From assembly GCA_947501445.1 (NCBI GenBank), contig CANMVS010000020.1:12310-76309 (forward strand): 64,000 nucleotides of DNA, written 5' to 3'. Below, one piece after another: positions 39,509 through 47,242 of the stretch. This DNA comes from an uncultured Rhizobiaceae group bacterium. GTDB lineage: Bacteria; Pseudomonadota; Alphaproteobacteria; Rhizobiales; Rhizobiaceae. Within the stretch, counting starts at the first letter, position 1; every line of letters begins with the position of its first letter. Under the pieces are notes generated by a model that saw only the letters and a program-made list of their open reading frames with translations, did no database searches and was not told the origin of the DNA. The position numbers were made by a program, and so were the translations under genes.

Positions 39509-40309
39509 ATGATTAGTAAAAGACCGACAATTGCAGATTTGCGCGCGCTAAAAGGCAAGCGACAGCTGACAATGCTGCGAATTTTCACCATTGACGAAGC
39601 CGAGGCGGCTGAAACCGCCGGCATCGACATTGTTTCCATTCCACCAGAACTGCTTTTGAATCCGCGCTATCGCGACGTCGCTCCATCGTTGTTTTCCATG
39701 ACCGGAATGACGCATCAGGAGGCTGGTACCCGTGACGACTACCTGCGTTTTGCCGGTAAAATGCTGCAGGCCGATGGTGATGCCCTTTATTGCAGCGGCG
39801 GTATTGGCACAGTGAAATTTCTGGCAGACGAGTACATTCCGGTTGTCGCTCATGTGGGCCTCGTGCCCTCGCGTGCCACCTGGACCGGAGGCTACCGGGC
39901 CGTTGGGAAAACGGCGGAAACTGCGCTGGCGCTGTTTGAGGAATGCAGGGCGTTTGAAGAGGCCGGCGCCTTTGCCGTGGAGATTGAAGTCGTACCGACG
40001 GAAGTGGCGAGTGAAATCAGCAAAAGGCTGGATATGCTTTTGTGGTCCATGGGCTCGGGTGCGGGGTGCGATGTGCAATATCTTTTTGCCGAAGATATTC
40101 TGGGCGAAAATCGCGGCCACATGCCGCGTCACTCAAAAGTCTACCGCAATTTTTCAGCCGAGTATGACAGACTGCAGATTGAGCGCATTGCCGCATTCCG
40201 CGAATATATCGCTGATGTCAACAGCGGCTCCTATCCGAAAGACAATCACATTGTGCATATGGCCAATGACGAATTCTCGCGCTTTCGCAATCAGCTTGAT
40301 AACACCTGA
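39509..40309 (+). CDS. Divergent PanB (ketopantoate hydroxymethyltransferase)-like protein
   Basis: VAHVGLVP, GGYRAVGK, IEVVP, GSGAGCD and SGSYP match PanB, but the VGDS, ADLPF and KIEG motifs are absent. Confidence 0.85.
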   Translation: MISKRPTIADLRALKGKRQLTMLRIFTIDEAEAAETAGIDIVSIPPELLLNPRYRDVAPSLFSMTGMTHQEAGTRDDYLRFAGKMLQADGDALYCSGGIGTVKFLADEYIPVVAHVGLVPSRATWTGGYRAVGKTAETALALFEECRAFEEAGAFAVEIEVVPTEVASEISKRLDMLLWSMGSGAGCDVQYLFAEDILGENRGHMPRHSKVYRNFSAEYDRLQIERIAAFREYIADVNSGSYPKDNHIVHMANDEFSRFRNQLDNT

Positions 40310-40321
40310 CGGGATGAACCT

Positions 40322-40633
40322 ATGCCATGGATACGTGCCTGTGAGGCAGACGACATTGACGCTGAGGATGTGATCCGGTTTGACTACAATGACCATACCT
40401 ATGCGCTGTACCGCAGCCCGGATGACCAGTATTTTGCAACCGATGGACTGTGTACCCATGAAAATGTTCATCTGTGTGATGGTCTGGTGATGGACAACAT
40501 CATTGAGTGCCCGAAACACAACGGCCGATTTGACTATACAACGGGTGCGGCCAGGGGGGCTCCAGCGTGTATTGCTCTCAAAACCTACAATGTGAAAGTT
40601 GAAGGCAATTTTGTGATGATCGAGATTGATTGA
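40322..40633 (+). CDS. mocE: MocE-family Rieske 2Fe-2S ferredoxin
   Basis: CTHE and CPKH Rieske ligands; EDVIRFD and ATDGLCTHE family pattern. Confidence 0.88.
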   Translation: MPWIRACEADDIDAEDVIRFDYNDHTYALYRSPDDQYFATDGLCTHENVHLCDGLVMDNIIECPKHNGRFDYTTGAARGAPACIALKTYNVKVEGNFVMIEID

Positions 40634-41913
40634 TGGCCGGATCAAAGGGGATGGTCATTGCTGGCGGCGGAATATCTGCTGTCAGCGCTGCCAATGCGCT
40701 GCGCGATGAGGGCTGGTCCGGGGCGATCACCCTGATCAGCGATGAACCGCATACACCCTACGACCGTCCGCCACTTTCCAAATCTTTCGTAACTGACGCA
40801 GGGGCGAGCGTACCCTATCTGACAGATCAATTAGCATTGGCTGACAGGAAAATCGGGTTCATTCAATCCACAGCGATTATTGAGATTGATCGGCAGCGAT
40901 CCTGTGTCAAATTGAGTGATGGCCAGCACATCTTCTATGAAAAACTACTCATTGCCACCGGTGCCCGGCCACGCCGTTTGACATTGCCGGGTTCTGACTG
41001 TTCCCGCGTGCGATATCTGCGAACAGTTGATGATTCCAGGGCCATAGGCCAGCAGCTGTTGCCTGGCGCTCACATGATTGTCATCGGCGGTGGATTTATT
41101 GGTCTCGAGTTAGCCAGCAGTGCACGCAAACGCGGTGCCTCAGTAACGCTTATTGAGAGCCTGCCGCGCATTTTGTCGCGTGGTGTTCCACTGGAGATTG
41201 CGCAGGTTGTGGCGAGCCGGCATGAACTGGAGGGCGTCAATATTTTATGCAGCGCGCTGGTTTCGGAAATAGTAAATGACACAGACACGATCAGCGTCAG
41301 GTTGGCAGACGGTCAGACCATTGCCGGTGATTTAGTGGTTGCCGGCATCGGTTCGGTGCCAGAGACGGGGTTGGCTGTCGCTGCTGGATTGGCTGTTGAA
41401 AATGGAATTTGTGTTGACGCTCATATGCAGACAAGCGATCCCGACATTTATGCGGCCGGCGATTGTGTGTCTTTTCCCCTGGCCTCCCACGGGGACATGA
41501 GGGTGCGGCTTGAATCCTGGCGCAATGCGCAGGACCAGGGTGCATTAGCGGCTGTCAACATGTTGGGCCAATGCCGGACTTATGACGCCATACCATGGTT
41601 CTGGTCGGATCAATATGACCTGTCTCTCCAGATAACAGGGCTGCATAGTGGACAGGACCGGCCCATACGCCGCGACCTTGGTAACGGCGCTTTCATCGTT
41701 TTTCATCTGGATCAAAAAGGGTGTTTGACCAGTGCCAGCGGCATTGGTGTTGGCAATGCCGTCGCCCGCGATATTCGCCTGGCGGAGATGCTGATCGCCA
41801 GGGGTGTCCATCCGCCGGAAGAGCAATTGGTTGATGGCAAGATGTCACTCAAGGCGCTGCTGAAAGCGGCGGCAGTATGCCCGGATTTGTCTATAGCTGC
41901 CTCCAAGGATTAA
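40633..41913 (+). CDS. Ferredoxin-NAD(P)H reductase (MocF-like)
   Basis: GGGISA, YDRPPLSK, LLIATG, GGGFIGLE, YAAGDC, RLESW, PWFWSDQY. Confidence 0.92.
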   Translation: MAGSKGMVIAGGGISAVSAANALRDEGWSGAITLISDEPHTPYDRPPLSKSFVTDAGASVPYLTDQLALADRKIGFIQSTAIIEIDRQRSCVKLSDGQHIFYEKLLIATGARPRRLTLPGSDCSRVRYLRTVDDSRAIGQQLLPGAHMIVIGGGFIGLELASSARKRGASVTLIESLPRILSRGVPLEIAQVVASRHELEGVNILCSALVSEIVNDTDTISVRLADGQTIAGDLVVAGIGSVPETGLAVAAGLAVENGICVDAHMQTSDPDIYAAGDCVSFPLASHGDMRVRLESWRNAQDQGALAAVNMLGQCRTYDAIPWFWSDQYDLSLQITGLHSGQDRPIRRDLGNGAFIVFHLDQKGCLTSASGIGVGNAVARDIRLAEMLIARGVHPPEEQLVDGKMSLKALLKAAAVCPDLSIAASKD

Positions 41914-41936
41914 TGCGCCTTGTTCACAATTGCCTA

Positions 41937-43778
41937 TTATTCTTTGTCAGTCATCAGCCTGAAAACATCAATGGGTTGTCTGCGGCCACGCAGTTCATGG
42001 GACCCGGCGTGTGTCATATGGGCAGGGTTGCCGGCTGCGGTCCTGCAGTCAGCGGAGGCCAATATGATGATGTCGTCATCCTCTATCAGCTCTTTGCCCA
42101 ACTGCTCCAGTCTGGAGGCAACGTTTACGATATCGCCAATAACCGTGTAATTGTGGCGATCGTGGCTGCCAATATTGCCGATGACGGCACTGCCGGTGTG
42201 AATACCGATCCGCAGCCGTAGTGGCGGCTGACCGTTTTTGACCCTTCTCAGGTTATCTTCCTGAAAAGACGCTGCTATCTGCCGTGCAGCTTCAATGGCA
42301 TTGCTGGCATGATCACTGTCTGCCTCAGGCGCGCCCCAAAAGGCCATCAGCCCATCACCCAGAAATTTGTCCACCGTGCCCTGACGTGATTCAATTTGGC
42401 TGCAGAGCAACTCAAAATGCTCGTTGAGCATTTTTACCACATCACCGGCTGACAATTGTTCCGACATGGACGTGAACCCGACCACATCGGTGAACATGAC
42501 GGTAATGTCCCACTCAACCGAGCGGGTCGCTTCCGTCCCCGTTTGCATCAGGCGGCGAACCAGCTCCTTGGGCACATATTGGCCAAATTGGGTGAGCGCC
42601 GTGTGCATGGAATTCATCGCACCTGCCTGTTCATCAATCTCCCGCACGCGCGATTTGGGCAGCGGTGCATAGGAGTTGAGATCAAGATCGGCAAACCGTT
42701 TGGCCGATGCTGCTATACGCATAAGAGGATTGGACAACCGGTTGCCAAACACGATGGCAAGAATCACCGCCAGAAAAAAGGCAAGAACACCGAAGACGGC
42801 TGCCATCAGGGCACGCCGCAATTCGCTGCCCACGTCTGCAGCGTCGAAATAGGCAATCAGCGTATAGGCCCGTGTGGACATGGTGGTAATTTCCCTGCTC
42901 AGGAAAATGTAATCATTCCCGTCTTCGGTCGTGACGCTGGATATCTGCAAATTATCCGCAATAGTCCGGCTGTGTTCCTCCTCGGTTCCGTTCAGCTCGG
43001 CCGCATAGGCCTTGATTGCATCATCAGGGAAGGTCGCTATCGCAATGGTCGGGTTATCGCGGAACAGTTCGGGATCCCTGGAATAGGCGATAATCTCCTG
43101 ATCGGCATTGACGATGAGTGCTGTAGTATCGTTGTCACGCCCGATTTCACTGACGATGCGGTTCAGACTGTAGGCGCCAACAGCAGCCACTGCGATGCCC
43201 TGTGTCTTTTGATGGCGAATCAGCGCCTCGGATACGGTATGAAACAGATGTCCCCGGTGCATTGTAGGTGTGTTCCACACCGGGTCGTGGGTCGCGGCCA
43301 ATGGCAGTGCGTCGGCGTTGCCATTGGGCGTGTCGGATGGCTGGGGTGCCGTGTCAATTGTGACAATTTCATTGTTCGGTCTTCTTGCAAGACCGGTTCT
43401 CTTGCCGTCCTTGTCAACAATTTCAATATGTTCGACGACCCGTTCGGTCAGCAGGAGGGTCATCAAAATAGAATTTTGCGAAGCCGGTACGCCAATCTCG
43501 AATTCACCGGCGGTATATAGTTGCGCCAAACCGCGCACGACCCGCTCTGCCTCTTGTGCATCCCGTTCGATGGACCGTTCCATCCGGTTGATCAACTGGA
43601 TCGCCTGCCGGTTGAGAAATGAAAATGTATTGGTGAAATTTGCATAGATCGACATGGCCAGCACGCCGCCAACAGCCAAAGCCATCAATCCGCCAAATCC
43701 GGCAACCATGAGTAGTTTCAGTGATACTGTGCGTCGCTTTTTTCCGCTTGCCGCAATTTTGTCCGCCCTGGCAACCAT
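41937..43778 (-). CDS. Class III adenylate cyclase with periplasmic sensor and HAMP domain
   Basis: Two TM helices, HAMP, MFTDVVGFT, VDKFLGDG, RIGIHTG, NYTVIGDIVNVASRLE. Confidence 0.92.
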   Translation of the reverse strand: MVARADKIAASGKKRRTVSLKLLMVAGFGGLMALAVGGVLAMSIYANFTNTFSFLNRQAIQLINRMERSIERDAQEAERVVRGLAQLYTAGEFEIGVPASQNSILMTLLLTERVVEHIEIVDKDGKRTGLARRPNNEIVTIDTAPQPSDTPNGNADALPLAATHDPVWNTPTMHRGHLFHTVSEALIRHQKTQGIAVAAVGAYSLNRIVSEIGRDNDTTALIVNADQEIIAYSRDPELFRDNPTIAIATFPDDAIKAYAAELNGTEEEHSRTIADNLQISSVTTEDGNDYIFLSREITTMSTRAYTLIAYFDAADVGSELRRALMAAVFGVLAFFLAVILAIVFGNRLSNPLMRIAASAKRFADLDLNSYAPLPKSRVREIDEQAGAMNSMHTALTQFGQYVPKELVRRLMQTGTEATRSVEWDITVMFTDVVGFTSMSEQLSAGDVVKMLNEHFELLCSQIESRQGTVDKFLGDGLMAFWGAPEADSDHASNAIEAARQIAASFQEDNLRRVKNGQPPLRLRIGIHTGSAVIGNIGSHDRHNYTVIGDIVNVASRLEQLGKELIEDDDIIILASADCRTAAGNPAHMTHAGSHELRGRRQPIDVFRLMTDKE

Positions 43779-43956
43779 AACTACGCGACCCCGGTCTGGT
43801 ATTTTGTTACATCAGACCAGTATCATGTTTTATGGCATGGCTCCAATGTCTTGCATCTTTGTCCCCATGCGTGTGTGCTCATGTGTATGTATAAGGCTGA
43901 TTGTGTCAATCAGGTGCATATTGAGGCGTCTTGCTGGATTGCATCGCAATCAGTTC

Positions 43957-44058
43957 TATAGCAACTCAGGATATAACAGACTTGGCAAAACCTGAATGCA
44001 TCAACAAAATCAAAGGCCAACACCATTGTCCCGTTTTTGACAAAACTGAAACGGTCTA
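43957..44058 (+). repeat. ~100 bp dual-hairpin intergenic repeat, copy 4
   Basis: TATAGCAACTCAGG...AAAACCTGAATGCATCAACAAAATCAAAGGCCAACACC...GAAACGGTCTAG; its end supplies the TAG stop of the TPR gene. Confidence 0.88.
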
Positions 44059-44880
44059 GCTGACGCGCGCGAGCCCGTCCTTGGCCGGCTTGTATTGCGG
44101 ATCAAGTTGAACAGCCCGGGCGTAGGAGCGTTTTGCCTTGGCGTTTTCACCGCGACGCTCGTAAACCAGCGCCTGATTTACCCAGGCCTCGGCAATATTC
44201 CCGTCAAGATCCAGTGCTTTGTTGATATCTGAAAACGCGTTTTCGTCATCACCCAGTGCCAGATAGGACAAGCCCCGGTTATTATAAGGCAGTGGCGAGC
44301 TCGGAGACAGGGAAATGGATTTGGAGAAATCCTCAATGGCCTGTTTCTGGTCACCACGCTTTTGATAGATCAAACCGCGATTGTTATAGGCACGCGGATC
44401 ATTCGTATCCAGTTGGATCGCCTTGTTGAAGTCATTGAAGGCATTATTTGTCTGGCCGGCCTCGCGGTACATATTACCGCGGCCGATATAGGCAACATCG
44501 TAGCGCGGATTGATCTGCAGCGCCTTGTTATAGTCGTTGGATGCAGCGGCAAGGTCACCCATGCCGCGGTAAATCAGTGCCCGATTGGCGTAGGCCTGAT
44601 AAAATTGCGGGTTGAGTGCGATGGCCCGATTGAAATCTTTCAGCGCTTTGTTGAAATCGCCGGCTTTGCCATAGGCACTGCCGCGTACATTATAGGCCTG
44701 CGGATCGCTCGGATTGTTGCGAATAACCTGGGTGAGGGAGGCAATATTGCCTTCAGATCCCTGCGCCCGATCAATGCTGATGACATCTGATGGATTGCTT
44801 GTCTGACACCCGGCCAGCGCGAGCAGGCAAATGGAAACAAACAAACAAGCAGCAAGATGTGTCCTGTTGACGTGTTTCAT
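44056..44880 (-). CDS. TPR-repeat lipoprotein
   Basis: Lipobox LAGC; repeated AYNxRG...A..DF..AI.L.P TPR units. Start refined to ATG 44880. Confidence 0.9.
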   Translation of the reverse strand: MKHVNRTHLAACLFVSICLLALAGCQTSNPSDVISIDRAQGSEGNIASLTQVIRNNPSDPQAYNVRGSAYGKAGDFNKALKDFNRAIALNPQFYQAYANRALIYRGMGDLAAASNDYNKALQINPRYDVAYIGRGNMYREAGQTNNAFNDFNKAIQLDTNDPRAYNNRGLIYQKRGDQKQAIEDFSKSISLSPSSPLPYNNRGLSYLALGDDENAFSDINKALDLDGNIAEAWVNQALVYERRGENAKAKRSYARAVQLDPQYKPAKDGLARVS

Positions 44881-44935
44881 TCGATCTGCTGTCACCCGTA
44901 TGTTCCTCACGCTTCATGCATGTTGCCAAAAAGTC

Positions 44936-44971
44936 AAAAAATAAGGCGGAGACGATTCTAATCGCCCCGCC
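44936..44971 (-). terminator. Intrinsic terminator of rpsU
   Basis: Minus strand GGCGGGGCGATT-AG-AATCGTCTCCGCC followed by TTATTTTTT. Confidence 0.7.
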
Positions 44972-45010
44972 CCACAAAACGCAATGATTGCGTTTGAATA
45001 ATGGCAGATT

Positions 45011-45241
45011 TTAGCGGCTGGGCGCGCTACGACCAACCAGCAGACCTTCGCGCTGCGCACGCTTGCGAGCCAGTTTGCGCACACGGCGAACTGCTTCGGC
45101 TTTCTCGCGGGCACGCTTCTGCGAAGGCTTTTCATAGAAGTCACGCATTTTCATTTCGCGGAAGATGCCTTCGCGCTGCATTTTCTTCTTTAGCGCGCGG
45201 AGCGCCTGATCGACATTGTTATCGCGGACAAGTACCTGCAC
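45011..45241 (-). CDS. rpsU: 30S ribosomal protein S21
   Basis: [37 protein letters not shown]. Confidence 0.98.
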   Translation of the reverse strand: MQVLVRDNNVDQALRALKKKMQREGIFREMKMRDFYEKPSQKRAREKAEAVRRVRKLARKRAQREGLLVGRSAPSR

Positions 45242-45653
45242 CTTGATCCCGTTCCTTCCGGTTTAGAGTTGAGCCAGCGCATCAATTCAAGGATACTCTA
45301 TGGCAAATAAATTCTGGTTCGCGAAAGTCAAAGACCTCGCGGTTGCAAGGCGAGTAACAGAAAATGCAATCCAAGTCCACACTTTTGGGCGCAAAATGAT
45401 GAATTTGATGCATATTTGTTAAATCCCGGTGACATGGATTGGCCGCGCGGCGTCATGCGTCGCAAAAGAGCAATTGCTTTGGTCGCAAATCTGCCATCAG
45501 ATACGCAGACTTTGGATGATCCAATGCGCCTTGCTTTTCGTCTGCCGAACAGATGAGAGGTTATGCGTCGACAAAACAGATAGTATTTTGGTTTTTGCCT
45601 CTTTTGATAGCACAAAATTGGCAAATGGCCTTAACCGGGAGCCTGTATCACCC

Positions 45654-46907
45654 ATGCGGAAGTATTCAATTTTCGCCGTTGCACGCGAAGCAATGCGTGG
45701 CCACAAGGGATGGCCACAGCAGTGGACGTCGCCGGAACCAAAAAAGCAATACGATGTGATCATCGTGGGCGCTGGCGGGCATGGGCTGGGTACGGCTTAT
45801 TATCTGGCCAAGGAACACGGCATTACCAATATTGCTGTCATTGAAAAGGGCTGGCTGGGCGGCGGTAATACCGGCAGGAACACAACGATCATCCGCTCGA
45901 ACTATCTCTATGATGAGAGTGCGGGACTTTATAATCATGCCATGAAGCTATGGGATGGTTTGAGCCAGGAGCTCAATTATAACGTCATGTATTCGGCGCG
46001 CGGCGTCATGATGCTTACCCACAATGTGCATGATGTGCAGGGTGCCCAGCGTCATATTCATGCCAATCGGTTGAACGGTGTACAGAACGAATGGCTCACC
46101 CCGGAGCAGGCAAAGGAATTCTGTCCGCCACTCAATATCTCCCAAACGGCGCGTTATCCTGTCATGGGCGCTGCACTGCAACGGTGCGGCGGCGTTGCCC
46201 GTCATGACGCTGTCGCCTGGGGGTATGCGCGTGCCGCTGCCGCCCGCGGCGTTGACATCATTCAAAATTGTGCCGTTACCGGGATCCGTCGTTCGCCATC
46301 AGGGGCTGTTGAGGGTGTTGATACAACCCGCGGCTTTATTGGTGCCAAAAAGGTTGGTGTCGCGGCAGCCGGGCACAGTTCCGTGCTGATGGAAATGGCT
46401 GGCATCAATATGCCGCTTGAGAGCTACCCGCTGCAGGCACTGGTGTCAGAGCCGGTCAAGCCGATTTTCCCCTGTGTTGTCATGTCCAATACGGTGCATG
46501 CCTATATTTCCCAGTCCGACAAGGGTGAACTGGTGATTGGCGCGGGAACCGACCAGTACACGTCCTACTCGCAAACCGGTGGCCTGCATATACTTACCCA
46601 TACGCTTGATGCGATATGCGAGATGTTTCCGATTTTTACCCGCATGAAAATGCTGCGCTCGTGGGGCGGCATCGTTGATGTAACGCCGGATCGCTCACCC
46701 ATTTTGGCAAAGACACCGGTTTCCGGGCTCTATGTGAATTGCGGTTGGGGAACCGGCGGTTTCAAGGCAACGCCGGGGTCAGCAAATGTCTTTGCCCATA
46801 CGATTGCCAATGATGCGCCGCACCCCATCAACGCACCCTTTACACTAGAGCGATTCCGCACGGGCCGTCTGATTGACGAAGCCGCCGCTGCGGCTGTTGC
46901 ACATTAA
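45654..46907 (+). CDS. soxB: Sarcosine oxidase subunit beta
   Basis: [38 protein letters not shown]; start refined to ATG 45654. Confidence 0.96.
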   Translation: MRKYSIFAVAREAMRGHKGWPQQWTSPEPKKQYDVIIVGAGGHGLGTAYYLAKEHGITNIAVIEKGWLGGGNTGRNTTIIRSNYLYDESAGLYNHAMKLWDGLSQELNYNVMYSARGVMMLTHNVHDVQGAQRHIHANRLNGVQNEWLTPEQAKEFCPPLNISQTARYPVMGAALQRCGGVARHDAVAWGYARAAAARGVDIIQNCAVTGIRRSPSGAVEGVDTTRGFIGAKKVGVAAAGHSSVLMEMAGINMPLESYPLQALVSEPVKPIFPCVVMSNTVHAYISQSDKGELVIGAGTDQYTSYSQTGGLHILTHTLDAICEMFPIFTRMKMLRSWGGIVDVTPDRSPILAKTPVSGLYVNCGWGTGGFKATPGSANVFAHTIANDAPHPINAPFTLERFRTGRLIDEAAAAAVAH

Positions 46908-46927
46908 TCAACCGGACGGTCATAGAC

Positions 46928-47242
46928 ATGCTTTTGATCCATTGCCCCTATTGCAACGAAGAGCGGCCGGAGCTTGAGTTTCGCCACGCCGGTGAAGCCC
47001 ATATCGCCCGACCAACCAATATAACCGCGATCAGTGATGAAGAATTTACCCAGTTCTTTTTCCTTCGCGACAACCCAAAAGGCATCGCCTTCGAGCGTTG
47101 GCGGCACATGCATGGTTGTGGCCGGTTTTTCAACGCGGTGCGTGACACGGTTACCGACAAATTTGTTACCACCTATGAGGCTGGACAACCACGCCCGGAT
47201 CTGCCAGCGGGCGGCGAAAATGAGAAGGGTGCGGGCAAATGA
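46928..47242 (+). CDS. soxD: Sarcosine oxidase subunit delta
   Basis: CPYC, HIARP, RDNPKG, WRHMHGCGRFFN. Confidence 0.96.
   Translation: MLLIHCPYCNEERPELEFRHAGEAHIARPTNITAISDEEFTQFFFLRDNPKGIAFERWRHMHGCGRFFNAVRDTVTDKFVTTYEAGQPRPDLPAGGENEKGAGK

Noticed and set aside
42456-43520. Long antisense ORFs (also 13323-14246, 23330-24091, 36125-37006, 48337-49167)
   Set aside because: Shadow frames opposite well-supported genes, as expected from codon bias in GC-rich DNA; no recognisable motifs.
45459-45489. Direct repeat GTCGCAAA x2 (23-nt period) upstream of soxB, possible GbdR/SouR-type AraC site
   Set aside because: Plausible but short, and the spacing is not clearly canonical; cannot be supported without comparative data.
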